From Monocercomonoides exilis PA203 (lineage: Eukaryota; Protista; Preaxostyla), in NCBI GenBank assembly GCA_001643675.2, contig LSRY02000008.1, positions 1,736,001 to 1,800,000 of the forward strand: a stretch of 64,000 bases of DNA, in the 5' to 3' direction. The position numbers and the translations under genes are program-made. Shown piece after piece: positions 1-12,599 of this stretch. Below the pieces are notes generated by a model, which was not told the origin of the DNA, did not search any database, and was given only the letters and a program-made list of their open reading frames with translations. Position 1 is the stretch's first letter. Each line of letters starts with the position of its first letter.

Positions 1-56
1 GCTCCTAACCTTGTTCCATTCGCATCCATTCATTTTGAATATTCACGCAAAAGCTC

Positions 57-154
57 CTGCTATCATTTAAAAAATATTTAATAAAACAAAAATTTAAAAA
101 TATACAAAAATATAAAATTGTTAAAAAAAAATTCCAATAATAGAAAGCCCGTAC
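57..154 (-). other. Putative spliceosomal intron in a cassette leader (GTAC...CAG)
   Basis: AT-rich, bounded by GTAC/CAG. Homologous position at 2992-3051(+), 36935-37042(-) and 52025-52099(-). Window 1-450 matches 36880-37340, implying a minus-strand cassette just left of the window. Confidence 0.6.
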
Positions 155-1399
155 CACTACCATCTTCCGCTTCTTCTTCTCAAATTTCTCAAATTTCTTC
201 TTCTGTCATATCATCAATTCCTTGATCTCATTTTTCGCTTTCGTTAAGATTCATTATATATGTCTTCCAAAACCTTCAAATAAAAATATATCTTCTTCTC
301 TTTTCCTTTCATTTATATTTGCGCCAGCTCACTCCACCAAACGCCTTCCAATTATTATCTCCAGATTTCTTTATATGCATCCAATATCCCCTCTTTCCAT
401 ACTCCTTGTTCATTCGTTTTCGTTGAACATTCTAGTTTCATAAAAAATAATATATGAAAAATTATAATTAAAAATATCCAAACCTATATCTTTCACAATG
501 ACCGCCTTTCGCTGGCTTTTCTTTCTTCTTCTTTTTAAAATATTAACAAAAGCTCAATCTTCTGTTCTGCTTCCTCTCAAATTACCTCCACAAATTCCAT
601 TCTTTTAAAAAACTGGCAAAAGAAGAAGATTCAAATCTCTTCCATCCCTTCTCTTCTTCTTCTCCATTTCCCCAAAACAACAATAATACCACCACGCCAA
701 ATATCACAATCCCTGTCTCCTCATCTCCCATGCCCTTCTTCCAACCAAAAAAAAAAAAAAACGTCTCTTTCCATTGCAAAATACTCTCTCATTGTCAGCC
801 CTTCATCTTCCTCTGTCTCCACACCTCCAATGCAAAGTGTGATCCTTCTTCCTGTCTTTCTCCACCTCTGCCTCCAACACTTGCCCTGCAAATGAGAGGC
901 GCGGCCAAACGGTTCACAAAATAAATAATATAAATTTGAAGAATATTTTTCTTCACTTTTTTTCTTCAATCCACTTTTCCTTCTTATCAAACATAAGCCC
1001 ACAAAATCTCTTCTCTTTGTTCCGCCTCATATGCCTCCCTCCTCTCTCTCCCTGCATTTGAAAAAAAAATATCCCTTTCCATATCTCTCCATCTCTTATC
1101 CTCCTCTCCAATAAATATATTCCATTCACTCCACCTTTCTTGTTTTCCTTATCCCACCTCCTCAACAACAAATTCCTTTTCTCAAATAATAAACACTGCC
1201 TCAACACCTTCCCAATGATAAAAATCGAAAAAAACCCTCAAAATCCCATCCAAATCCGCACATCCGTTTTGCATCTGAAATCTCAAAAACACACAAAAAC
1301 ATCCTTTTGTCAAAACCCTGTTTCCTCCAAGAACTCAACTCCTTCACCCCATACCATCCTTTTGTTATCGCATTGTCTTCATATGCCCATTCAGCCACG

Positions 1400-2340
1400 A
1401 CACATCGAGTTGTGCTCCTTTTCTTTGAGACTCTTATTCGTTATGGAAAATGATCAAGCAATATCAAATGCTCAGAAACTGCCAACGGAGTGAGACTCCG
1501 AAGCTAAAACAAAGGCAGATTGACCAAGTGAAATATTTCCAGCGAATGGGTTGAGTATTGCAAAAGAATATTTGTTTAATGGAAGATGAAATTGTTCATA
1601 TTGATTGCTGGATGGCTGTGTAACAACAATATTTTCGATGGAAATGAAGAATTTTTGATGTATGTAATTTTTATTGTTCTATTTGTTGTGAAGATATTTC
1701 CATCCGTATCCTCTCCAAAGTCGTGATTCAGACAAATTATTTAAAATGGACAATTTATTCTTTGCAGAGGAGAACAGCAATGAAGTGAGACAAACATTAT
1801 TTTACAAATATATTACTAGAGCCTGAATATTTTGTCATAAACTGGCAATTATTTTGGACTCAACATGCGCGATGGATAGAAATGCGACGAAAAATGAGTT
1901 TTGATGGAGCAGAAGTCAACGGGATTGGAAGACTTCCAAGGCAAAAATGGAAGAATGCTCAATATCTATGAAAAGGGAGAGTTTTTAAAAAGAGGAAGAG
2001 GACATTTTCATTTTTAAGTTTGTTGGAGAGATTGGGGCAAATAACTGAAACAGGAGATTGAAATCAGTTTGGACAGAACAATGCGCCTTTCTTTTGGAGA
2101 AGAAGGACAAGACATTGATTTTACGGACTGAGGAGGGATGGAACTGCTTTTTCATTGCTTGGCTTGAGCGAAAAACGAGAAAAACAGACAGTTTGCGTAA
2201 TACGGCAGCTGGAGGCAAATTACAGGCAAAATGGACTTTGAACCATTGCTATCGCCTTTTGCATTGCATCATCGAAGGGTTATTCACAAGGAGAGCAGAA
2301 CGAGGTTGCGATGCTGAAGATATCTTCTGACAGAAGACAC
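1400..2340 (+). other. Decayed 'core' element upstream of cassettes (copy 1)
   Basis: Homologous by eye to 15500-16470, 27240-28210, 53070-53990(-) and, more distantly, 39130-39540(-). No long ORF. Contains the conserved motif and a putative 34-nt intron (1660-1693). Confidence 0.7.
1686..1722 (+). other. Conserved 37-nt motif TTGTGAAGATATTTCCATCCGTATCCTCTCCAAAGTC
   Basis: Also at 15779-15813(+), 27518-27553(+), 39241-39277(-) and 53690-53726(-). Function unknown. Confidence 0.8.
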
Positions 2341-2991
2341 ATAGTATTCAAACTTGAAAATAACATCGCATTCACCAACTTTATCATCTTCATCTCTATC
2401 ATCGCCATCACCGCTGTCATTATCTTCTTCATCTTCATTAAAATTATATTGAAGCATTTTTATTATTTGTGTGTTATTCGAGCGGAATCAGTGCCGAGAA
2501 TTGGAAATGAAGCAAGTTTTTGGAAGCAGAACAGAATCACTTTCATTGGCAATGAAACATACAAGGGAAGCAAGGTTTTTGTTGGCAGAAAAGAACAATA
2601 TTTTGAGAGGCATTCGAAGAAGAAGAAGAAAGTGTGAAGATTGGCGATAAATATATTTCAGAGTTTGTTTTGTATTATTTTTCCTCCAATTTTTCAAACA
2701 TTTTATTTTTTTTTTTTGAGGGATTGAGATTTATGGAAGGACATTTTCAGGCAACGAATGAACATGTATTTGATGAGAAAGCATGACAATTTTTTGAGAA
2801 TATCGAAGAATGAGCTGGAGGAAATCAATGAAATGAATGGAGGGGGGCTTTGAAGATTTGTGCAGCGATTTGAAAAGGGAGGCAACAGAAAATAATCGGA
2901 AAATTGAGGAAATGGCTGAAGAAGAAATGTGACAGGAAGTCAAGAAGGATATGAAGATGAAGAAAAGGAAGCAGATTGCGAAAGGAAAATA

Positions 2992-3051
2992 GTACTGGTT
3001 TGTGATATTTTGTATTACATTTTAAATATTTTTTTCTTTTTTTTATGACAG
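2992..3051 (+). other. Putative intron in leader of cassette 1
   Basis: GTACTG...T-rich...GACAG, same context as three other copies. Confidence 0.6.
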
Positions 3052-3220
3052 GGTTTTGCATGAATATCAAAAGGGATGAATGCGAATGGAATGGAGAAAG
3101 AAGGAAGAAAAACGGAAACAGAAGGAAAAAAGATTTAGGCGAAAACATTCCTATCAGAAGAGGCGAGCGAGACAAAAAAGATACTAAAACTTATTGGGAT
3201 ATTTTGCAAAATTTTTCTGA

Positions 3221-4640
3221 ATGAAGGGGAAGAAGGAAGAAACGTTGAAGGAAAGAAATTTCTTGTCCAATCTTCAACCCCATTCCTCATCACCTTCAAT
3301 CCCTCTTGTTTCACTCTCAAACTCAGCAAATGAAGCATGCTCACCTTCAACGACTACATCATCCCAAACCTCATATCTAATGAATAGTTGTTCATTCTCA
3401 TCAGTTTGTGACGTTTATGATAGCGGGATTGTTCATTCCCTCAATGACCCCTTGACCTCTTTGACCACCTCAAACACCTCGTTTGTTGGGTGTTGCAGAA
3501 CAAAAATGTTGAATGCAATGGAACTGAAACTAATAAGAAACAACCAGAAAGACAGAACATAACAGCCAATGGACCGAATACATTCACGTGGTGTGAGTGG
3601 AGTGGATCGAAGACAACAGGAGAAAGCGATTCTGTTTCAGATGGAATATCGAGTGGCGGGGCTATCTGCATGTACAATCTCAATTCTGGAGAGCTCTCTG
3701 TTTCACATTGTCTGTTTAATAATTGCTTTGCATACAGCCGTGGAGGTGGAATTATGTGCAACACAATCAAGACTGTGCGTATCGAAAATAACATGTTGTC
3801 TTGCACAGCAACCATTACGGAGGAGGATTATACGTTGTAACGATTTCAACATGTGTACGAATCAGCGGATGTGAATTCAAAATTGTAAAGCAAATTATAA
3901 TGGAGGAGGTCTTGATCTTGATAATTTTAATGCCATAGGAGCAGGATGCATTCCAACAGAAAATGGAGAAGGGGAGAGTGCGTGTGTGTTTGACTGCAGT
4001 TTCACTTCATGCTCGGTGACAAATTACTACGGTGGAGGCATGTATTGTGCAAATATTCCAATCACGCAATTCAAAATGAGGAGCATTCAGTTTATTTCAT
4101 GTTCAGCATCGGCACATGGAGGTGGATTGGAGCTGTATCCATACAGACAAGCATCACAAAATGACGTGATTTATTGTTATTTTTTGTTCTTTCATGAATG
4201 CAAATGCTCTGCAGATACGCCATATGGTCATGATATGGTATATTATGATCGATATAATGTTTTCTTATCTTCGAATAATCCGTTCTATGAATGTTACACC
4301 ACAAACACAGATGACCAGAGGGTGCTATGGACATGATTATACGGATTCCAAGGGTTGGACATATCAGCACACAGAAAAGTGGGATTGGCTGAAGAGAGGA
4401 TTCTCAACCGATTTGTGGCTGTGAGTGGTGGCGGTGAAGAAGTTGTGTGGACTGGATGAGTCAAGTGCATGCAGAACCATTGGTGTTGCAGTTGAAAAGA
4501 GCGTGATTCAGGTGAGCCTGTCAGTCACGCTGATGGGAGGGGATCACACAAGCGAGGTGACAACAATTGAGATTGGAGAAAAGAAGATTTCAGTCATTGG
4601 GAAAGAAGAGAAACACGTTCGATTGGAACAGAAACAAATT
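3221..4640 (+). pseudogene. Cys-rich GGG-repeat beta-helix cassette 1 (C-module type A), frameshifted
   Basis: ORF pieces 3221-3562, 3490-3840, 3986-4336 and 4425- carry family motifs (SCSFSSVCDVYD, FTWCEW, GGAICMY, FDCSFTSCS, YGHD, NPFYECYTTN, CGLDESSACRTI). It has several multi-base deletions, and homology ends at SIGTE (~4632). Confidence 0.85.
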
Positions 4641-7600
4641 TTTTATATTTCATCATTCTCTTCTTTATCTTTTTCTGCTCATTCTTTCTTCTCCCTATTT
4701 ATCAACTATCCTCGAGAAAAAGTGATTCAACAGCTTCAGCTCATTTCATGTCAACTATTAATCTACAAAAATCTTATTTTCAACATCCCTTCTCCTGTTA
4801 TTTTTCCGAGCAGATATTTGAGACAACAAAGAACTCGGAGCAGAAAGACAGATTCAGAGCATTTGTTGATACTGCTAATTGCGAAGGATATGCTTAATAT
4901 TCATTTGTTCTTTCCAACTTTTTCATCAATAATTTTTATTTGTTCAAAAAAGCTTTTTATCCCTCTTTTTATTCCTCATCTTCTTCTTCATCCTCATCTC
5001 AATTTTTTATTCTTTCTTTTCCTTTTCTTTCATTTTGTTTCCTTGTGTTATCTTTTATTATTGTTCTTTTATCAAATTAAAGTGAATAACAATGATATTT
5101 TTTTTAACTTTTTCTTTATTGGATGAAAATTGATTGGGACAACACGTGTCGATTGAACGACATACTGTGTGAGAAAAACAAAAATCAAAACAAAGGAGAA
5201 AACAAAAGAAAATAATGTTGAATGTCATGGAGAAATAGGATTGTCCATTTTCAAGGAAAGCTTTTCAGCTCCAAATGGCTATTCGATGCATCGGCTGGCT
5301 GAAAATATAAACATGCGTGATAATAAAATTCAATCTGTTGATCAAATAATGTTGGCGAAAGCCAAAAACAAAAATCTGTTTGACAAAAATGAAAAAGAAA
5401 AATCTAATTCGAAAATAATCAAAGAAAAAAAGAATAAAAATTATAAGAATATTTAAATACCATCGAAATTGATGAAGCAAATGATGATATCCTCACACTC
5501 AGAAGATAAATTCGTCATTATTTCGCAAGTGCTTCTTCCACACCAACACCAACTCCAATGCCAACACCAACAGACAGCACAACAGCTGAGCCTCATCTCT
5601 TCCAATTGGCCACTTCTCAAAATGACAAATTTCTTTCTTTTTCTCTCTTTTTCTCTCTTTCTCTCTTTCTCTCTTTATGTTTCTCCTGTTTCGCAGTTGC
5701 ATCTCAAATCATTCGCATCTTCTATCTGACAAAGCACACAGCCTTCTTCTGCTCTGCTTATCCCCCTTGCTGTCTCAGATGGCCACACACACGCACACAC
5801 ACAAACACCTCTTCCTTTCCCAATGCAACAAATTGGCGCTCAATTCCTCATCAAGAATTCATTTCTTGCCTTTGAAAAAAGATACCCATGTTGAAAAGAA
5901 AAATCGTGAAAATTGTGCTTTTCTTCTTCTTTTCCCTCTTTTCTGATGAAAAATCAATTGATCAAAAAAATAAATAAATCAATTAATCAATAAAACAAAC
6001 AAACAAACCTTCAAACATCATCAATTTGAATGTCTCTTCACCCATTTTCCCCTTCCATTGCAAATATCAAATGAATATTTCATCCCATCTTCATTTCTTC
6101 ATCCAAATTGCTTGGCTGTTTCCTCCTCAATAAAGAAAGCAATTAGCGAATAACGCTCTTCATTCATCTCTCTGCCTCAATCGCCTTCTTCTGATCTGTC
6201 ATTGAAATGTGATTGAAACAAACAACGAAGAAATAATTTCATTTTCGTTATAAGAACTTTTTGTGTGAATCAGTGAAGAATGATGATGTTGTTGTTGAAG
6301 ATGGCTTCGTATTCCAACAAATGCTGCAATCAAATAGAACCAATGATGGCAGGGGAAGGATGTTCATCATTGATTGAATGGCAAATGGCAGTCTCGTTGT
6401 CTTTTCATATCGTTTCTTTGGTAGAGTTTCTCCACTGAGGCTGAAATTGGTGGTAAGACAATGAATGTGGTGAAGAAATATGTAGAATTTCTTTGTAGGA
6501 GGACAATAATATGCTTGGTCGAAAATCATGTTCCGAGGCTCCAATAACGCTTCTTTGGAGGGAACGGTGAATAACTCAAAAGGATCAGTGAAAAATCATC
6601 AAGACTCAATCTGCAAAAATGCTTGCGAGCTTCATCAGCTCAATCCATGATACGAATTATTGCATTTCGCTCATTTTGGAGACAAACAAATCGCTTTGTT
6701 CAAATCAACGGAGAAATTGTGACAAGCAACCAAAAAATCGTCATCGGCTCAAGTCGGCAAAGACATCGAAGAGAAAATATCGGATATACGCTTGATCATG
6801 TAGCAATACTCCAAATATTCTCATTCCACGTGATTTGTGAGGGATTCAGTTCTGCAATGTTTTGTAAAAAAAATAATAAATTCAAATACTGCATCGGTTG
6901 TTGTCCAAAAAATAGTGCATGAAATCCATGTGGCAGGATTCATGTTTGGCAATATGCAACCAGTATTTCGAGCAATCGCACTCAATCTTGAGTGTTCATG
7001 AAAACATCTCGTTTCTTGTCGTTTCCCCTCCTTTCACACAAAACACAAAATGGAAAGATTCGCTGAAGCTGCTCGTGCGCCAGACTCTGTTGGTGGATGC
7101 CCAGCAACTGCGAGTGTCTTTTTGTGGAACAACTGCTGGAACAAACAGAATGAGGAAAGTTAGTGATTTCGATGCAAAACTGTTCATTGTTCGTTCCAAA
7201 AAAGACATGTCATTTTCGGTAATGAAGCACCTGGCAAGCCTCTCCATTCTGCTCGCGATGTCACATCGTTGCTCAAGAAGTATTCGGTGTTTCTGGAGAA
7301 AAAAAATAAGTTTTGTTCTCACAAAATCACATTCCAACTTATATTTCGATCAATAAATTAGAAAAAAACAATCAATCAACTTGAATTCAACAAAAAATAA
7401 AGATAATAAATTATTATTAATTGTGATTATTGTTGATAGTTGTTTTGTTGCAAAAGGCGAGTTTTGAATCGTTTCTTTTTTGAAAAAAATATATTTGAAA
7501 AATTCGAAATAAATATCATTTCAAGGAATTTGGACAAGATAACAGTGAATCCGCAAACCGTGATATCAAAAACTCTTTGTCTAAATATCTTGTTGATTTG

Positions 7601-9922
7601 AACAAAAAAAATCATATTTTTCATTTTTTGATTTGAAAGAATAACAGTGATTCATTAAAATTCACTTCAAAAAGAAGAATAAACTGATTAGAATTTAAAA
7701 GTCAAAATCTATTTGATTTGAATGATTTATTGAACCGAGAACACATTTCCTTTTTAATATCCAAAAGAAATTGAAATTTTGTACTCCGTCGAGTTCAGTA
7801 GTATTATCTCTTCAAGGTTGAAACATTATTTCAGTTCGGTCAATGACATGGAGAATGAATGACAGAAAGAAATATGAGATAAAGGATGGAACTTCAATCA
7901 CTTTTTATAAAAAATACGAATAGTGAATAAAATTTATAGTTTTTAAAAAAAACACTTAAAATAAAAATTGTTTGAAAAACACATATTCCTTGTTTCCAAA
8001 CAATATTTCATCAAAATTCTTGTATTTCATAACAAACATGAAAAAGAAATTTATTCATGATTTCCAGCCAGAATGTTGAGTTTATTTGGAGAAGAGAAGT
8101 TATGATGAATTGTGAAAAAAAATGCTTGAAAATCAACATTCTAAATGAAGTCGGATATTTGTTTTGCACCTGAATTGATGTCTGGAAATATTTGTGGTTT
8201 CACAAAAATGATTGTTTCACAGAAAATGAAGATTTCCTTTGAAGGACTCAACACACATTCACACATTTGTTATTCAAAAGAAAAAGTCATACCAATCAGA
8301 TCGATTTTTCTTTTTTATTGGAGTGTGGGTGATTCTTTTTGATTTCACATTTTTCCTATCAATATTTTGGAATCAACAATTTGTCACAAATTCTTTGAAA
8401 TCAATCCATTATTTCAATAAAAATCTTGAATGATCTTTTCTGTCTTTCAATGACAATGTGTGTTTGGAAAACAATAATTTGAAAACATGTGACACTTTTG
8501 TTAAAATTCTTTTGCAAATAACTGCGAATCAGAAAATGACACATTCTCCGAAAAATGTTTTGATTTAAAAAACAATTATAAATATTCTCATTTGAATGCT
8601 TTCCCCAATTTAATCGTTTTATTTTGATTGAGCCCTTGCGTTTCAGTTGAGTGTTCGAAAAGAAGTGAAAAAGCAAAAACACTCAATCCCTTCAAATAAT
8701 CACAAACAAATCACAGAAAACATTTTCAACTCAATGAAAGATTCAGCCAGATTTTTGGGTGATTATTTTTGAAACCACAATTCTCATGCTGGATTGTTAT
8801 TCAACAAAAACAGCTTCATTCAAATGAATCCGCATCATTACTATTTTTGATTGTTTTTAGAAAAAGTTATTTTTCATGAACACAATTCAATTGATGTTTG
8901 AATAAAAAGAAAAGAAAAAGAAAACTCGGAATGTGCATGTTTTTTTTGAACAAAACAATAATATGTCATAAAGTCTGAAATATTAATCAAAATTCTGATA
9001 ATATTGAAAATTTTCGTTCTGTCTTTAAATTCATCCGTTATTTTTTTTCGTCCTTCTTTGAATTCACATGTTAAAAAAAATTTAAGAAACAAGAAACAAT
9101 TTTATAACTTTATTTTTTCCCATTGAAAACAGGAATAATTTGGGTCATTCATTTTGAAAAGTCGCAAATGTTTAATTTTCAAATAATTCAAAAATTTCAT
9201 ATTGTGTTCAAATTTTCGTTTCCACTTATGAATCTTCTTTCGAATGTGTGAAATAGCATCATCCTTAAATACATTCCATATTAGTGAAGTTTGGTGTATG
9301 CCAACGAAAATTTGAGCCAAATATGAAGTTTTTGATTTATTTGAAAATTTAACATTTGCGACTTTTCCAAAAGAATTAACCATTTTTTTCAAATATCTCT
9401 TCTTTGATGAAAAAAGAAATGAAAGATCATATTTGAAAATTCAATAAAACAAACAAACAAATGAGTAAAAAAGATAATGATTTAAACAAAAAATACAAGA
9501 AATGAGATTATTCTGTTGAAGGTGAAAAAGATTTTTTGTTAGGCATAAGAATTTCATTCTTTATGAGTAATATTCACAAGATGATGAATATTTCATGAAA
9601 AGAATTATTTTCAATATTACTTTTTCAACAATCTTTTCTCTTTTCAAGAAATGAAAAAATGGCATTGAAGAGGTTTTTCTTCTTTTCTTCTTTTTCATTT
9701 ATTCTTGAAAAAATAACAAATATTTGAATTTTTGAAAAATTATTTCTTTTTCCATCTCGCAAAAAATCCATAAAAATTATAATGAAATGAAAACAATATG
9801 CATTTGAAAACAAAACACAACGAAATATGAATATAACAAATACAAAAAATCAAACAAATAACATGCAACTTTTGAGACATTGTCTTTCTCCATTTCTCAT
9901 TTGACAAAATTACTTTAAAATT

Positions 9923-11850
9923 CTAATGAATATATTTCACTTTCATAAAAACAACCACACTCGGCGAAGGACTTGCACTTGAGTTGCAATCAACCTCCAT
10001 GTGCAATAAACCAAGATGACCTGTCGTCACACTGAACAACGTTCCTACTGCTGATGATGATGAAAGGGCTCCTGTTCCAATCGAACTCTCCGTCCTCCCT
10101 TTCCCAATGACTGAAATTTTCTTCGATCCAATCTCAATTGTTGTTGTCTCGCTTGTGTGATTCCCTTCCATCAGTGTGACTGACAGGCTCACCTGGATCA
10201 CGCTCCGACTGACTGCAACACCAATGGTTCGGCATGCACTTGACTCATCCAGTCCACATAACTCTTCTGCGTTTCCTCCGCTCACCGCCACAAACCGATT
10301 GAGAATCCCTCTTTTCAGCCAATTCCACTTTTCGGTGTGCTTGTGGATCCAATTAGTACCATCATAGTGTTCATAAAACATTCTCCTATCATCAGCATTT
10401 GTAGTATAGCACTCGTAAAACGGATTACCAGAATCCAAAAATTGTTTGTGATAATCTGCATATGCAATATCATGGCCGAATGGAGGATTGGCCGAGCATT
10501 TGCATTCATGGAAGAAAAGGAAATAGCAATAAATAATATCATTTTGCGATGTTTGTCTATTCGGATACAATCTTAAACCTCCGCCATATGCAGTTGCAGA
10601 GCAAGAAATAAACTGAATGCTCCTCATTTTGAATTGCGTGGCAGGAACAGAAGCGCAATACATGCCTCCACCATAATTATTTGTAATTGAGCATGAAGTG
10701 AAACAGCAGTCAAACACGCACGCACTCTCCCTTCTCCATTTTCTGTTGGAATGAATCCTGTTCCTGAAACCTTGAAATCATTAAGATAAAGCCCTCCTCC
10801 ATAGCCAGAAGCCTGACAACTCCGAAATTCACATTCGCTGATTCGAGTGCATGTTGAAGTTGTATAAACACATATCCCTCCTCCAATCCATGTTCGAGCA
10901 GTGCACGAGTCGAATGTGTTATTTGTAATATCAACCGATTTGATGTTGTAGCAATGAATGCCTCCTCCCGAATAATACGCTTCACATCCACTGAACGAAC
11001 AGCATTTCACTGAAAGCGTTCCAGACGATAAGCTGAACATGCAGATTGCTCCACCATTCGAAGAGCCATCGGTGTATGAGCTAACTTCTCCTGTTGTCTT
11101 CGATCCGTTCCACTCGCACCAAGTGAATGAATTAGCTCCATTGGCTGTTGTGTTCTGTCTCCCTGGCTGTTTCTTATTATCTGCATTTCCTTCACATACA
11201 ACATTTCTTGTCCGACAACATCCAACGAATGATGTGTTCGAAACAGATAAGGAAGCCAAGGGGCTGTTCAGAGAAGGAACAATCCCATCATATGCATCAC
11301 AAACAGACGAAAATGAGCAACTGCTCATCAAACATGAGGCTTGGGTTGACGTAGTTGTTGAAGGTGAACATGCATCATTTGCTGTCGAGATGTTGAAAAA
11401 GTGAGTTTGGAGAGGGACATTAGGGAATAGAAGGGGATGACAGGAATGGGGCTGATGAGACACAAAAAGAAGAGAAATGTGATTCACTCACTGAAATACT
11501 CCCTTCAATGCCTTCTCCATCTCCATCTCCTTCTCTTCCTTTTCCTCTTCCTCTTTCTCCTCCTTCTCCTCCTTTTTCTTCATCTCCACTCTTCTCCCTT
11601 CCATGTCCCTTCCCTCCAAACAGCCTGCCTGAATAGATCTCTCTCCCTCTTCCCCACCCTTTCAATGTAATGTTTGTCAACACCCCAATGCTCCCACTCA
11701 CATCAAATGCCCCTGCCCCATCATCCTTCCCCATTCCCACAACACACCCTCTCACCACAACCACACTCCCCTTCCTTCCACTCACCCCCAACCACCAGCC
11801 CTGCCCTCTTCATCTCAACTGATGAGTTCCACAACTCTCTCATATAAATA
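9923..11850 (-). pseudogene. Beta-helix cassette 2 (type A module, longer 3' end, Gly-rich N-terminal part retained)
   Basis: ORFs 11420-11791, 10624-11487 and 9923-10717 join through small indels in homopolymer runs. Full family motif set present. May be an intact frame in vivo. Confidence 0.85.
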
Positions 11851-12599
11851 TTTCTTCCTCTTCTTCTTTCTTTCTATTTTTCCTCAAGCATCCCTCAAAA
11901 TCATATAATCCATCTTCTCTTTCCCTTCTTTCTTCTCATTCACAGATTTTCATAAAACTTTCTCTTTCAATCGAAGTTCCAAAAAATATTTCTTCTTCTC
12001 AATCTCTCGTCAGACTCCTTCTTCTGTCATTTCATCAGTTTTTTTTTTTTTCTTTTCTTTTGGCATGATTGCACTATATGCCTCACAAAGCAATAAAAGG
12101 ACTCCTCTTCTATTCGTTTCCATTGTTGAGCCCGCATTTTCCTTTATCTATACAAAAACCGTTGAACCTTTTGCTGAGCAAAAATGTCAAAACGCCATCT
12201 TTCCATATTCCTTGCGAGTGCATTGGCATTGGGAATTTGTGCAAACATTCCAATATCATTAAAAGAAAATATTTGAAAAATTGAAAAAGAAAAATTGAAA
12301 AAGAAACATTTTTATTTCATGAGCTTCAAAAATAATCACACTTCATTTACATATTCTTCTTCATCATCATCTTTTGTCTTTCAAAATATTGCTCCTTTCT
12401 GCTTGCAAAACCCATCTGCTATGTCTCAGCTGCCAGTATCACAGCCAATAGCATTGCTTCTCTTCTGCTCCAAAATTGTGCTCATTTCCAATCTCAGCTT
12501 CGCTCGCACTCGAACAATTCATGCAACCAAAATGTTTAAAATTGACGAGAATAACGAAGAAAGCGAAGAAGAGGAAGAAGATGAAAATTGTTGAATAAG

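Larger units (their letters stand above)
250..3200 (+). repeat. Divergent-pair intergenic unit, inverted homolog of ~51900-55400 (also partly 62960-64000)
   Basis: Shared blocks, e.g. CTGCAAATGAGAGGCGCGGCCAAACGGT and TTCCTTTTCTCAAATAATAAACACTGCCTCAACACCTTCCCAATGATAAAAATC, and VGRKEQYFERHSKKKKKV in both ORF tracks. Confidence 0.85.

Noticed and set aside
8757-12340. Pack-type transposon enclosing cassette 2 between TIR-like sequences at 8757 and 12325-12340
   Set aside because: The right-hand match is partial, lies inside leader-homologous sequence, and no TSD is visible.
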